64,000 bases of DNA from Podarcis gaigeae (Eukaryota), in assembly GCA_964106915.2 (NCBI GenBank), contig OZ066925.1; one strand, written 5' to 3'. Below the pieces are notes generated by a model that searched no databases, was not told where the DNA came from, and worked only from the letters and a program-made list of their open reading frames with translations. The translations under genes and the position numbers were made by a program. Positions 1 through 13,754 of this stretch are shown piece after piece (within the stretch, counting starts at the first letter, position 1; every line of letters starts with the position of its first letter).

Positions 1-557
1 TTGTTCCATTATATATACACACAAGGACAAAAGTGATGTCCTTGAATCCTTTGTCCCATAATTTAGATCCAATCTTTTAAAAGAGGTTGGGCGCCATTAT
101 ACTATTGAAATCCTATTAGTCTGCAATGTCAAGGGTGAGATGGCGCTTAGATAGATTGTACAAACACAAATCTCCATTTTTCTCCCTTTTTAACTCCCCT
201 ACACTCCACCTTGCTGTAAAGAAGGCAAACGCCTTGATGAAGTACCAAGAAAATGCAACATTATTTAGCAGCCTTCATTGGCACGGAGGCATGGTCTGAA
301 GGTGCAAAGTATATGGCAGCGTTTCTGAAACTAAGCAGTGTGGTCAGTGCCTGGATGGGAGCTCAAAGTATGTCCTATGCCTCAGGCAGCAAAAATCTTA
401 GGCTAACCTTGGCTAATACACTCCTAGTCTTGCAGGTGGACCACCTCAAATTCTCCAATCTGAATAAATGGTGTAAAAAATGAGTTTTTTTTCTTTTCAT
501 GCTAATTTGTTCCAGTTTGAAGGGTGTGATATTATGTGGAATTGGTCATCACAAAAT

Positions 558-1092
558 CATATAACTGAAGAGTTGAAGGGAACCCAAGGGTCATTGAGTT
601 CAACCCCCTGCAATGCAGGAATCTCAGCTAGATCATACATGACAGTCAACCTCTACATAGAAACCTCCAATGAAGTCCACAACCTCCCAAGGTCATTGAA
701 CAGCTCTTACTGTCTGAAAGTTTTTTCTATATGTTTAGTCAGAATCTCCTTTCCTGTAACTTGAAGCCATTGGATTGACTACCCTCCAGGGCAGGAGATA
801 ACAAACATGCTGCCTCCTCCATCTAAAAGCCCTTGAGATATTTGAAGATGGCTATCATATCTCCCCTCAGCCTCCTCTTTTCCAGGCTAAACATACACAG
901 CTCCTTCAACCATTCCTCATAAGGCTTGGTTTCCAGACCCTTGATCATCTTGGTTGCCCTCCTCTGCTCCCATGCCAGCTTGTCAACATCCTTCTTAAAT
1001 TGTGGTGCCCAGAATTGGACACAGTATTCCAGGTGTGGTTTGACCAAAGAATAGAGTGGGACTATCGCTTCCCTTGATCTGGACACTAAACT
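558..1092 (-). mobile_element. CR1 LINE 3' fragment (ORF2 C-terminus plus 3' UTR)
   Basis: ORF 823-1086(-) [28 protein letters not shown]...[21 protein letters not shown] is the CR1 ORF2 C-terminal signature; CR1 3' tail (ttcctgcattgcagggggttg...cccttcaactct) follows on the minus strand. Confidence 0.92.
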
Positions 1093-1247
1093 TTGCCACC
1101 TTCTGCAGTAGCACTGGGACTCCCACCATCACCACAACTGGATAAGGACATTAATCACAAACCCTTAAGCAGTGAGTGTAGTGGTTATAACATAACAGAA
1201 AACAATGTTACAGAATATCAGAACTATTCCACCCACATTTATCATTA

Positions 1248-1404
1248 GGAAAGGGCTATGGATCAGGGTTAGAGCATCTGTCTTCCAAGCAGAACATCGC
1301 AGGTTCAATCCCTGGCATCTCCAGGTACGGCTGGGAGAGAACTCTGTCTGAGATCCTGGAGGTCCGCTGTTAACCAGTGTAAATAATACCAAGCTATATG
1401 GACT
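1248..1404 (+). mobile_element. tRNA-derived squamate SINE (Squam2/Anolis-SINE2-like), interrupted by a Sauria SINE
   Basis: Degenerate A/B boxes (gttagagcatctg...ggttcaatccctggcatctccagg); related minus-strand copies at ~19040-19210, 21737-21862, 22880-23065 and 55930-56053. Family name is tentative. Confidence 0.7.
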
Positions 1405-1411
1405 GTTGGGG

Positions 1412-1762
1412 GGGACGCGGGTGGCGCTGTGGGTTAAACTACAGAGCCTAGGGGTTGCCGATCAGAAGGTTGGCAGTTCGAATCCCCGCAACGGGGTGAG
1501 CTCCCGTTGCTCGGTCCCTGCTCCTGCCAGCCTAGCAGTCTGAAAGCACGTCAAAGTGCAAGTAGATAAATAGGTACCACTCCGGCAGGAAGGTAAACAG
1601 CATTTCCGTGTGCTGCTCTGGTTCGCCAGAAGCAGCTTAGTCATGCTGGCCACATGACCCGGAAGCTGTACGCTGGCTCCCTTGGCCAATAAAGTGAGAT
1701 GAGCACCGCAACCCCAGAGTTGGTCACGACTGGACCTAACGGTCAGGGGTCCCTTTACCTTA
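1412..1762 (+). mobile_element. Sauria SINE (Squam1, Podarcis-type), full length
   Basis: gggacgcgggtggcgctgtgggttaaa head, B-box gttcgaatccc, (accttt)-type tail; TSD ctatatggact at 1394-1404 and 1763-1773. Confidence 0.93.
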
Positions 1763-3494
1763 CTATATGGACTTTACTTCTGATGATTAGTCATAAGCGG
1801 GACTCAGAAACTTTAGAATCTGTGTTGAGTGATGGGGATTTGAGGCTAATTCTGCCTTCTGGAAATTATGACTTAAATGGATTAACAATGTAATTCTCTG
1901 ACCTCAAGCAGTATGATCCCTTAGCTCCATTACTTTCCTGTCTATAACTAGATTGCTACAGTTGCACATGGTTCTGACAGTTATTGAACAGAGCTTCTTG
2001 TCTAATCAGTGCATCTGTTGCTACCCAAATGGAGTGATGTTTCACTAATTCTGAAAATTTTGACTTAAACATCAGTCTTACCAAGCCAGCCAGGCTTACT
2101 TAAAAATCAATGGATCAACAAGCAGACAGCATATTAATTTATTTTGAGAAGTATTTAATCTTGTCGCTGTACTATTGCCAGTGCAGAAAAGAAAAATGAG
2201 CTGTGTATCTTGGCTCCCATGAATGAAAAATGAAATTAAAAAGCAGCACTATTAGCCAATGCCAAAGACATGCAACCTTGGACCCTATAGTTTTTAAAAT
2301 ATTATTATTATTATTAGTAGTAGTAGTAGTAGTATGATGCCATTTTTTCTTTAAAATACTGGCTTTTTAAAAATGGTGTTTTGCAACAGTCTAAATTTTA
2401 AAAGTTTTCATTTTCAAACAGTCACAGTTTGTCATAAGGTTATTTTGAGCACAAGAAAGTCACATCAATCTTTAGGCATATATGAGCAGCAAGTTTTTTA
2501 ATACTGAATATTAATTGCATGGTCTCTGATTATTTGTAAATAGGAGTTTCACATCTGCCTGCTTTCACTTGGTTCTGCTTGAATATTTACAAATAAAACA
2601 AATATTACAGAGATTTATAATATTACCATAAATCTCCAGTGCTGTCTCATTCAAAAAGCAATTCTATGCACATCTTCTCAGTTCAGTTTAATAGGACTTA
2701 CTTGCAGGTAAGTGTGTTTAAAATTGCAGCTTGAACCCTTAAATGCTGTTGTTGGAACTTATCAGTGCTCTGTGAAATATGAAGCCTATCAATATTCAGT
2801 ATCTGATTATTTTCAATAGTTGGCTTAGCATGGTATTTAGTTTTCAATAGCAATTGACAGTCGGCATGTAGATTTATTAGTATTCATTACCTGACAGGAT
2901 CTGAAAGATGACATGCAATGGTATATAGTATTTGACAACTAGCAATTGTTGAGATTACCTGTTTATTGTCCACCAAAATCAAAACAATCAAGAGATGCCA
3001 GCCAGTCTAAATTGCTTAGGTTTCGAAGTTAAATATTACATTAAAATTTGAAAATGGAAATTTGGGAAGGCATTTTTAAAAGTGAATATTCTTTTCTAGT
3101 GGACCTTGCTTCAGGTTTGGTGGTAGTTCAGAATCTCTGTCCCTCTGTCTGTGTCGCTGTTGTTCCCTTATTCATGAATGCAAACCTGTAAGAGTTGGGG
3201 CTACCCATGATTAGCTCTGGGTGGGGGCAGAGTCTGCACCTTCCCCCTGCTCTATTGTAAACACTTTACAGTTTCTTGGAAGGAGAAGGAGAAGGAAAAT
3301 ACGTGTTTTCATGTTGTGCAGAATCTTCTATGAAGTGGCTATCACAACTTCAAAAGTTGTAAATGTTCCTTTCATGTTCACACCTAACTGACTATATCGG
3401 GAAGGAATTTATCTCTGTAAAAACTGTGTGGTGATGAGTTGAGTTAATGTAACTACTCAAATAGATATATCATCATGAAATGTTCCTCAGATTA

Positions 3495-3743
3495 NNNNNN
3501 NNNNNNNNNNNNNNNNNNNNNNNNNNNNNNNNNNNNNNNNNNNNNNNNNNNNNNNNNNNNNNNNNNNNNNNNNNNNNNNNNNNNNNNNNNNNNNNNNNNN
3601 NNNNNNNNNNNNNNNNNNNNNNNNNNNNNNNNNNNNNNNNNNNNNNNNNNNNNNNNNNNNNNNNNNNNNNNNNNNNNNNNNNNNNNNNNNNNNNNNNNNN
3701 NNNNNNNNNNNNNNNNNNNNNNNNNNNNNNNNNNNNNNNNNNN
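3495..3743. other. Assembly gap (N run)
   Basis: Run of N bases. Confidence 1.
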
Positions 3744-4814
3744 CTCCATATCTACATGCATTCTCTTCCTTGCTACAGACTTTCTGCAAAGAAAGCTTGC
3801 AGAAATATAGAATTTGTGCAGCTCTCACAGCCATTATGACCATAAATCTCAGAATTATAACATCATGAATTAACTTCAGTTCCTGTGTGAAATTCCGGAG
3901 CACAAAATATTATGAAATAGACAAAACACAAAACCAAAAAACTGCTAGTTGAATCTAGTTCCAAAGTACAGCACAGCATAGAGAACTGGTCTTTTAACAA
4001 ACGTCCCCTTTACATACAAATTTAATTACATGTTGGTATTCTGCATAAAGGAATAGCTACTCAGTGAGTCTCACCTTTATATCTTTCTAATACAATGAAT
4101 CTCCAATGTGAAATACTGTTAATGATTTGTGTAAAATTTCAATATTTTTAGTGCAGCGGTAAATCAAATTTTATTTTTGTACTTGAATTTCAGGGAAATA
4201 TATTATCAACGGGTTGTAAAATAGGCAGGATTTGAAGAGTCATTTTATTGGTCCATAATGAATTTTTGTGTCCATGACAACCCTGGTCGAAAGTTATTAG
4301 CCAAAGTTCCCTCCCTTTTATCAAGGTGCTCATTAAATATTTTTACAATTTACTGGTTGGAAAGCTGTTTTGATTATTTTGCAAACGGCCATTTGAAAGA
4401 CTGCAAGGCTGCAAAGATCAGTTATAGCTTAAAGTGATGATGGATTCATCCTTTGGAGTGGTTTACGGTCACCCTAAAGGACAGTCTTCTCTTCTGAAGG
4501 TGCCCTCTGTTGGAGAACTATCCAGTCCAACTGTAGATTAAAGGTCAGGAACCATAAGAAGGCAGAGGACGAGCCTTGAAGCTACCCCCAAACCATTATT
4601 TTGCAGCACCAGATCCTCAGACTGAAGAGGCACATAGCTCATGCCTTCCCCACTTGTAGTGGAATTGCTTTCATTTCTACTTGAATTATAGTCCTTATTT
4701 CTACATTTGCATCTATACATATAAATTGTCATATATTCAAAATTTATGCAACTTGGTGTCCCATTTTGTCCTAATGTTTTCGTAATGTAAACCCTCTTTT
4801 TTTTTTTTTGCAAT

Positions 4815-5240
4815 GCCGTATGGAAGTGAGAGCTGGACCATAAAGAAGGCTGATCGCCGAAGAATTGATGCTTTTGAATTATGGTGCTGGAGGAGACTCT
4901 TGAGAGTCCCCTGGACTGCAAGAAGATCAAACGTATCCATTCTTAAGGAAATCAGCCCGGAGTGCTCACTGGAAGGACAGATCCTGAAGCTGAGGCTCCA
5001 ATACTTTGGCCACCTCATGAGAAGAGAAGACTCCCTGGAAAAGACCCTGATGTTGGGAAAGATGGAGGGCACAAGGAGAAGGGGACGACAGAGGACGAGA
5101 TGGTTGGATAGTGTTCTCGAAGCTACCAGCATGAGTTTGACCAAATTGCGGGAGGCAGTGGAAGACAGGAGTGCCTGGTGTGCTCTGGTCCATGGGGTCA
5201 CGAAGAGTCGGACATGACTAAACGACTAAACAACAACCAG
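4815..5240 (+). mobile_element. BovB (RTE clade) LINE, 5'-truncated
   Basis: YGSESWTIKKADRRRIDAFELWCWRRLLRVPWTARRSN...LVHGVTKSRT; (CAA)n tail. Confidence 0.95.
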
Positions 5241-6703
5241 ACAAAACAACAACCAGACACCATTGAGGTAGACTTGAAGGGCAACCTGCTCCCATTTTGA
5301 GATGATTAAGGTTGCATGAAATTGAGCAAAACGTCTGCAGACCAACATTTTCTGTACTGGCTGTTGCTCCTCTGTCATTCCTGATCTTGCCATAACGTAT
5401 CTGTGGAAAAGGCTGTGTGATGCAAACATGCGAGTGTTGGGTCTGAATGTGAGAAATCCAGCTTCAAAACCTGGCGGAGCTATGAAATTGCCTTGGCCAA
5501 GGCATCGTCTTTCATTCTACCCTACCTCACAGGGTTCTTGAGGGACTAAAACAGTTATCCTAGCTCCTTGGCGAAAGGATGGGCAGATATATGTTATTTT
5601 TTTTTCTTTTCAAAGGCATGAGTTCCTGGGCTGCCTGGACCCTAGGAAGGCCACTCTGCAACTCTCTGTGCCCAAGTAAATGGGTAACAAAACGATAGTA
5701 AATAATGATGAACTAGCCCAAAGCACAATCTGTCTCCTACCCCAAAGCACACCCCTGCTTCTTCCATGCAGATAAATCAGCTTAAATGTTCTTGCCCTTG
5801 GCACCTTCACTTTACACATCGCCTCTTGCATTTTTCTATCACCATATGCTGGCCTGGCATGTTGCCCACTCAGAAGCTCCTCATATACCCTAAGCAGCGT
5901 CTTCATATCGTAAGAAACATTCTGGTAGCTAGAGGTTACCTTTCCTCTTTGCCTTGCTGTTTTACATGTGGCTGATTTTGCTGTAGGGAATGAAGGCAGA
6001 TGTAATAGCTCCCCCCACCATAGAAAGTAAAAAAGAATTGGGAGGTCCCTGGTTATTTTCAGCATATAACTATTCTGCTCTCCTAAATTAAAACAAGAGC
6101 CATGTAAACACAGGTAGGGAAAACCATTGCAGCGATATTCTGCAAGCACAGTACCTGAACAAGTATTACTGGTTGTTGTTGAAGCTGCATTGAACCATTG
6201 TACAGGTATTTTTAAAAAAGGATTGGGTTGGGGGCAGAATTGGATGAAATTCACAGGAATGGTCACCTCTTCTGGGCATAAAAATCCTTTTAAAAACCAG
6301 CAGGATAGTGGCAATGATAATTCCACAAAGGCAGTCATTGCAGTTTTGGCATGGATGAAAAAGGAAGCTCATGTTTTGTGGGCAAATGGTCAGAAAACTG
6401 CAAAGATTGCAGACAAATAGGTCCAGGGACTTTTGTGCCAGGCATCTTTAACGTTGATTTGGTAGGGTGGGGGAGCCTCAAAAGGAATTTGCAAGAGGTT
6501 TTCCCCCCCTGCCCTCTCCCCACCTTGGTACTGTATTTGTTCTTCCTCCCCCATCCCTCCGCTCTGGTGTAAGTTCTGAGAAATTTAGTTCTACTTTCAG
6601 GAGATACTTTTGCAGATTTATGAACCCCAAGGCACTACAAAATGGTTTAGGGGTCCCCAGTTTGACTTTTGCCACCTCATATAGCTTCTTCTTCTTCTTC
6701 GTT

Positions 6704-7012
6704 TTGCCCAGACACTGAGGTCCAACGCCAAGGGCCTTCTGGCAGTTCTCTTTCTGAGAGAAGCCAAGTTACAGGGAACCAGGCAGAGGGCCTTCTTGGT
6801 AGTGGCGCCCGCCCTGTGGAACGCCCTCCCACCAGATGTCAAAGAGAAAAATAACTTACCAAACTTTGAGAAGACATCTGAAGGCAGCCCTGTTAAGGGA
6901 CGCTTGTAATGTTTAATAGGTTATTGTATTTTAGTGTTTTTGTTGGAAGCTGCCCAGAGTGGCTGGGGAAACCCAGCCAGATGGGCGGGGTATAAATAAT
7001 AATAGTAATCAT
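6704..7012 (+). mobile_element. L2 LINE 3' end inserted in a (CTT)n tract
   Basis: agggccttcttggtagtggcgcccgccctgtggaacgccctccc...gctgcccagagtggctggggaaacccagccagatgggcggggtataaataataat; same family at 38660-39375 and 49376-49800; (CTT) repeats on both sides. Confidence 0.85.
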
Positions 7013-7190
7013 CTTCTTCTTCTTCTTCTTCTTCTTCTTCTTCTTCTTCTTCTTCTTCTTCTTCTTCTCTTTGGCGATCACTCGTAGCCAAGTAAGAGTG
7101 TCTTCCATAAACACGGTTTTAACAATGAGTCTGTAGGTGACTGTGGAGGCCAATTCTGGATCCACACGTCCTTCCACAGTGGGCACATCC
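7013..7190 (-). mobile_element. RTE-clade LINE 3' end (non-BovB) with (GAA)n tail
   Basis: Minus strand translates to CAHCGRTCGSRIGLHSHLQTHC*, the terminal C2H2 motif typical of RTE ORFs, followed by a short UTR and a (GAA)n tail (7013-7068). Confidence 0.8.
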
Positions 7191-7651
7191 TGCTTTGCCA
7201 CTGACAAAACTCCCAGTTCAGCTCAGCATTCATTCGAGTCAGATGTAAAACCCTCCTATTAACTATCTGGGATCGCACATGCATACAGAGTTTTAAATCA
7301 GGCTTTCTGAATCTCTACCAGTTTCTGAAGATTATTTCTCACAGATTAATGGACTATCCAAGAATAATGCAACAATGAATCAAACTGAAGCCAGAGAAGA
7401 AAAGCACACCAATGTCATTGCACTGCTGCTAAAGCCAGCTGTGCAGGAGAGCATGAGCTGAGTGAAATAATGTTTATGCGCTTTGATACTATAAATCCTC
7501 CTCAAGCTCTCCGGGAAAAACTGAATGTCATCCTTCCCATCTGTTACGGTCTGGTACAGAATGACCCAGGCCTCTAAGGGCTCCTGATTACCTGCCCCCA
7601 GTTGCAGCTGCTTCCTAGGAAACCTCCTTGATTTCGGCTATTTAGGCTAAA

Positions 7652-7793
7652 TGGTTCGCCAGAAGTGGCTTAGTCCTTCTGGCCACATGACCCGGAAGCT
7701 GTACGCCGGCTCCCTCAGCCAATAAAGCGAGATGAGCGCCGCAACCCCAGAGTCGTCCACGACTGGACCTAACGGTCAAGGGTCCCTTAACCT
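7652..7793 (+). mobile_element. Sauria SINE, 5'-truncated
   Basis: 3' half of the 1412 element; TSD tttaggctaaa at 7641-7651 and 7794-7804. Confidence 0.92.
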
Positions 7794-8307
7794 TTTAGGC
7801 TAAAAGAACCTTAAGAACAGGGCAAAACAATGTTTTAAGATCAGTGAATTTGTAGAGCAGCCCCTATGCAACAACAGGCGGAGGGTTAAGGCTGCCACCT
7901 TTTCTCCATGCCTTTAAGAGCAGTTTGAGCTCAGCAAATTTGGGAGATGTGGTTTCCAATCTAGGCGCTGACCAGAGTCAGCAAGGTGACAGACTCATGT
8001 GCTGCCAGATCACATAGCATATGATAGAGAATTGTGGTCCCAGGGTAGTCAGGTGCTGATCATTCAGGAAAGTACAGGATGAACATGGAATCCACCCAGG
8101 AGATATAAAGCTTTCAGGGCTTGAGACTACTACTACTACTATTATTATCACCATCACCGTCATTGTCTTTGTCATTATTATTCTACTGATCTATTTAAAA
8201 CTAAATACATATATAACATGTTACTTTAAAACATACAAATAATTACAATAAAATCAGCATGACACCACTCCTTTACTTAAAAGCAGTCAGTTCCCAAAAG
8301 CTTAGTC

Positions 8308-8435
8308 CATGCATAGGCAAACTCGGTCCTCCAGATGTTTTGGGACTACAACTCCCATCACCCTTAGCTAACAGGTCAGGGATGATGGGAATTGTAGCCT
8401 CAAAACATCTGGAGGGCCTAGTTTGCCTATGCCTG
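8308..8435. mobile_element. Palindromic hAT-type MITE
   Basis: TIRs ca(t/g)gcataggcaaact / agtttgcctatgcctg; internal ggactacaactcccatca inverted pair; perfect 8-bp TSD gcttagtc. Confidence 0.88.
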
Positions 8436-11400
8436 GCTTAGTCATTCTCAGAGGGCCGGCCCTACTGTTGGACAGAGGAAGGAAGCTGTTACGAGCTGCT
8501 GATTCACCCAGCAGTGTCACAAAAGACCCAGCATTGTCACGAAAGAGTTCTTTATTTTATTTATTTATTTTTACTGCCAGGGAGGGGAAGAGTCTTTCTG
8601 CCTCAGGTGCAAAAATAACTTGACCAGTTTAGCTACTATTACCTTGAGTGGGGTGGGCAGGCTGAAGGGTCATTTGCTGCTCCACTTCAGGCAGCAAAAT
8701 GTCTTGAGGGTAGTTCTACACTTCCTGTATTTGTCTTTATGGAAACGACCCGCTTGGTAAATCCTGTTTGCTGAAGACACTTTCTCTTTCTGCGCATGCA
8801 GAAGGCAAAAGGCAAAGCTGGCATCAAAACGAATGGGTCAGCCAGGCAGGTAAGATTCAATATAAGTTGCTTGTCTTTAGGATCTAAACGAGCTTTGCTT
8901 ACAAGGGCTCATCCTCTATCTCCCCACGACTGTCTCTGAATCCTTCCAAGGATTAGCATTAGGAGTGAAGCCAGGCAAACAGGGAAGGATGCAAATGGCT
9001 TAGCTGGGATTTCTCAAGCACAGCTCAGTGTCACTCAAAAGTGCCTTTAACCATCTCTGTTACAGGACTGAGATTTCCTGATCTTATAGTGCGGGTGAGA
9101 TTTATTTCTCTTTGAAACAATCTCTCACTTTACTGTGGATGTATCACTATAGATCTGGATAAAACTATTGATGAAAGGAACAACAACTTGCAGGGACAGC
9201 ATGACTACGGTCTGGAGTCAGATAAGCATGGTGACCATTTTCAGTTGAAGCAGCTGGTGACAGCACAATCATCCTAGTCTTGCTGTGGTAATTGACTCCT
9301 CCTAACGTGACTACTCTTCTGAATTGTCATTGTGCTTATCTAGAATACAATTAGGCTTGATAAAGACTCACTGAAATAAATGGACATAAGTTATTTTATT
9401 TATTTATTAAATTTCTATACCCGAAGATCACAGTGTGGTTTATGATTTAACACCCCCCCCCAACCAATACATAACACAGTACAAACAAAACAATACTTAA
9501 AAGCCTACCCTAGAGATCCACCAGGAAACAGAATTAAATCAAACTTTGGTTTTTATGCTCATGGGATTGTAAGGGACAAGGAGCATATCAGCAGATGTGA
9601 TGGGTGTGTAATTATGTATGCAAGTTCTTGGAAGCAGTTTGTAATGGAGATTGACATTATTGTTGGCAAACTGATGACCTTTGATGCTAAGCATCTTATA
9701 CATTTTTGATGGTGCCAATGTTGACCTTACTTCTCAACAATTATTTCTGTATCTGTTGGTTGCTGCTCATCTAGTGATCTCTCAAGTGTGGAAAAAGTTC
9801 ACATATTTATTTATTTATTCTTGCAATCTGCAATTCAGACTAAGTTTAGCAAAGTTGACTTCCATTGAAATCAATGGGACTTCATTTAGTCTTGACTAAC
9901 TTGCCCCATTGATTTCAGTGAAACCTTAGCTTAGCTTGGATCCAACCCCATGTTTCAAAATCCCTGCACTGTTTGACATCCCTACCAAAGTTGAATAATA
10001 TGAACACACCCCTTTCCCAAATTCTGACTATTGTTTGGTAGTATTAGATGAAGCCTTGCAGCGGGATAATGGACAGCCTACTGAGAGTTTGTGTTATGCT
10101 TCCTTTACATTAGTGTTGATTGATAAAGTTGCATAAGAACTCCAGATATGCTGCCAATTGTTTTATTGCTGCTTTAAATTTGGCTAAAGGCGTGGGAGAA
10201 AGATGCTTTGCATGACAAGCCATTAATCTAAGCCATCACTCACCATGCAGAAACTCTGATTCTTTTTACACCAGCCTGCTGTAAACTCTCCCAAAATTAG
10301 TCACAATCAATGACCATGGGTGGGTAATAGACATGTCATCAATCAATGATTCTCCCAGGGGTAGACTATTGATGAAACTTAGTACTGTGTACTGTGCACC
10401 AGGTAGAGTTCTCACTTCTCTGATTTACCAAGGAAGTAAAACAATCGTGATGAATGAAGCAGTGGGGAGGACATTAGTGGCATTTGTCTATATGAACCCT
10501 ATGGGTTCTTGGAAGGCCAGAAAGAAACTGTGAGACTGATACCGCCAGTAAGATAGCAAAAACATAACAAAGACTTGAATATATTATTCCCAGGTGCATT
10601 TGATAGAAGAAAGTAAGTGTGTGTGATGTGTACATATGTATGGATGTGTGTGTGTGTCAGAGTGTGTTGCCCTGATTGCTTTTTGCAACCATCATCTGGC
10701 CCTTGGAATCATGGCCATGAAGGAATATGGCCCTCAAGCTGAAAAGGTTCCCTATCTCTGTTTGTGATTGTGGTAATGTAGGGCCCTGACCACAATGCGT
10801 CTGAGGAAGGCAGCAAAAGCATTTTAACATTTGTGGGTGTCCCCACCCTTAGCCACTAAGTTGTTTTTCCTAACCTATAAAAACTAAGGGCAGGCCAATG
10901 CTTTTGGCAATGCATTTCAGTTCCTTTGTGTGTGAAAAAGCCTGTCTTGGCTTTAGGAGGTAATAAATAAACAAATTGATACTTTGTCCCCTAAGCCTCC
11001 TCAAATATTTCCTTGGGAAGAAAATTACTTCCATCTGTTCTGAGTAGGTTGTTCTAGTGAAAGATAGACCTATTTGCATGAAAATAAGTGTCCTTGTTGT
11101 TGTGGCTAACCCTACTGAGAATCTTGTCTAATGCCACAGTTGAAGCAAAGTTCACGAGCGGTTCTCTGCAATGACAGGGTTATGATTATCTCCGTAGAAT
11201 TACCTATTTATTTATGAGCTTGGGTTATTTCATCTTAAGTAAATATGCTTGACAGTTGCTGTTGTTTGTTTGGATTATAAAAAATCCATTTCTGCTGGTA
11301 AGGTGGATTCTGAGTTAATCCTGGAAGCCCTCAGAAGTTAATATTCTCAGTGTATTCCTTTCTTCACCAACTGCTCTCCCGGTCTTCTTGACACAGTGCT

Positions 11401-12169
11401 CACCCAGACATTTATAATGAAAGTTGTGCTTGACTGTCACAATCCTGTGCAAGCACTGAAAAATCACAGAATGTGGCACTGGGTGCAGAATGGAACTCTG
11501 GGGACATGGCAACATTTCTATACAAATAGTCACAATCACCCTTTATCCCACTGGTAGCAATAATGAATTCTTCGTGTCACACCTAGAGACCTCCACTCCA
11601 CTTGTCGATGTTATTCTCGAAATATCATCACATTCTTCTCTGTGCATCATCACAGCATATGCCAGAGAGTCGGCTTTGTTTTTAGTTACGTTTTCCCCAC
11701 CTTTTTAATCCAATCCTCCACCGCAGATTTCTGTGTTTCAAAATAGAGAAGAAATGCAGGTGTTAGAATCAGCATAGTTTATTGAACGTAAATGTTATGT
11801 GTGATTCATCTGTATAAACAAAGCTTGCAAGGAAAAATGTGGAAGGCTCCTGTGGATGTTTTCATTTGTGAGATGCTAAGCTCTGAAGTGGTTCCTTGTT
11901 TTCTACCTAGAAAAAGAAAAATGTAATCTTTTACTTTAGGGCCAGGATAGGGACTCTCCAGATGTTTTTGAACTTCCAGCCGGCATGTTCAATAGTCAAG
12001 AATGAAAGGGGACTGAGTATGACAGATCACTGATTCTCCACTCCGTATATGTGTGTGTGTTAATTAGAAAAGGCTGGGGTCAGTACTTTAGCCCAGCTTG
12101 GTTGTATATCCTGGCTAATAATACTACAAAACTCAGGGTAGAAACTCCATGGCACTTTATAGTTTACAA

Positions 12170-12304
12170 CAGGTATCCCCAACCTTTGGGCCTCCAGATG
12201 TTTAGGACTACAATTCCCATCATCCCTGACCATGGTCCTGTTAGCTAGGGATCATGGGAGTTGTAGGCCAAAACATCTGGAGAGCCGCAGGTTGGGGATG
12301 CCTG
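12170..12304. mobile_element. Palindromic hAT-type MITE
   Basis: TIRs caggtatccccaacct / aggttggggatgcctg; perfect 8-bp TSD gtttacaa. Older relatives at ~12528, ~48627 and ~53397. Confidence 0.88.
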
Positions 12305-13026
12305 GTTTACAACTTTCAAACTTATTTTGCTTTTTCTAGAATTTGCTATTTTACCTCTTGAATGCTTCAGAAAACAGCTTACCACCCCAAGCACTTGTAA
12401 TTACGCTCCCTATCTTATCCGCTTCTCTTCTGTTACTTTCATATTCTTATCCATCACAAGCTAGGTTCTGGGGAGAAGGAAACAACTCACACTTGCAGAG
12501 ACACCAACCGTGAAGTTGTATATATATCAGGGCTAGCCAATAGGGTTTCCTCCAGATGTTGTTGAACTACAACCCACAACCACCATCTGTGGCCATTGGC
12601 CATGCTGGTGGGGGGTGCAAGGACTACCATGAGGCTACCCCAGAGAGGACTACCATGAGCTGTAAATCCTACTGAGTTCATTAGGGCTAACTTCCTGATA
12701 AGTCTGCATACGACTGCAACCTAAAGCAGATTATAGGATCATTAAGGACGATCTCTCTGAAGATAAGATCATTAATCTCCAGAAATGAAATGTTTGGCCA
12801 TTTGACCACACATTTTGGGGGGACGGGGACACTAATGCTTTTTTTTTAAAAAAATGGACACCACAAATGTCTGGACAATCTCTATATTTCTCTATATTGT
12901 TGCATGCCACCCCAATCTCTGAGCATTGAGAGATTCCATGGGTTCCAAGCACTTACCATGTTTCCTTCAGCATGAGACACAATGGAGGCTGTTGTGTCTT
13001 TAAGATACGTGGTTTATTTACATCTA

Positions 13027-13277
13027 CAGTCGTACCTTGGAAGTTGAACAGCTTAGTTCTCGAATGTTTTGGCTCCCAAATGCCGCAAACCCGGAAGTGA
13101 CTATTCTGGTTTGCAACCTATTTTAGGAAGCTGACCATCCAGTGGGGCTTCCACAGCTTCTGATTGGCTGCAGGAGCTTCCTGCAGCCAATCAGAAGCCA
13201 TGCTTTGGTTTCTGAACGTTTTGGAAGTTCCATGCGACTTCCAGAACGGATTCCGTTTGGCTTCCAAGGTACGACTG
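13027..13277. mobile_element. Tc1/mariner-pogo (Tigger-like) MITE
   Basis: TIRs cagtcgtaccttggaag / cttccaaggtacgactg, TA on both sides, internal palindrome tgattggctgcagg...cctgcagccaatca. Confidence 0.88.
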
Positions 13278-13754
13278 TATATACAACCTGATCCTATGAT
13301 GGAGAGGCTCACAGCATTAAAAACCTTGCTTCCCTGGGTAGTTCTCTCCACTTTGACTAGGATCTGCAAAACCCAGTTCTCCCTCTGCAAAGTGGGAGGT
13401 ATGGTTTGTAAGAAGATTAGACATCACTACCCTCAGGCCTAGTCAAAATGGGCTGGTTTTTATAAATGTTTTCTGTAGCATTAAAATGCACCCCAGTGTT
13501 GTTGTTGTTTTGGGGGGAGTGGTGTCTACTGCCCTCACACTCTCAGTCAGCTTTGTTTTTCCTCAGTAAAGTTTTTACACAGCACAATCTGGTATGCAGT
13601 GCTGTGATATCATCATTTCCTCTGTGTTCACTGATTGCCTGGATTAACATCAGGAAAGCAACATAACTAGAGGTGGGGTTGCAATATTTTGAAGAGCAAA
13701 AAAGAGGACACATTCTACTTTTAACTATAGATCTCTATGACAACTCTCATTTTA

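Noticed and set aside
3475-3903. ORFs spanning the N run
   Set aside because: Artefacts of the assembly gap.
4815-5240. BovB as cattle contamination or a new horizontal transfer
   Set aside because: BovB is a long-known resident of squamate genomes; the copies here are embedded among lizard repeats and one has a clear TSD.
5610-6338. 242-aa minus-strand ORF
   Set aside because: No recognisable domain, Cys/Leu/Phe-rich non-coding-like composition, and no supporting exon structure.
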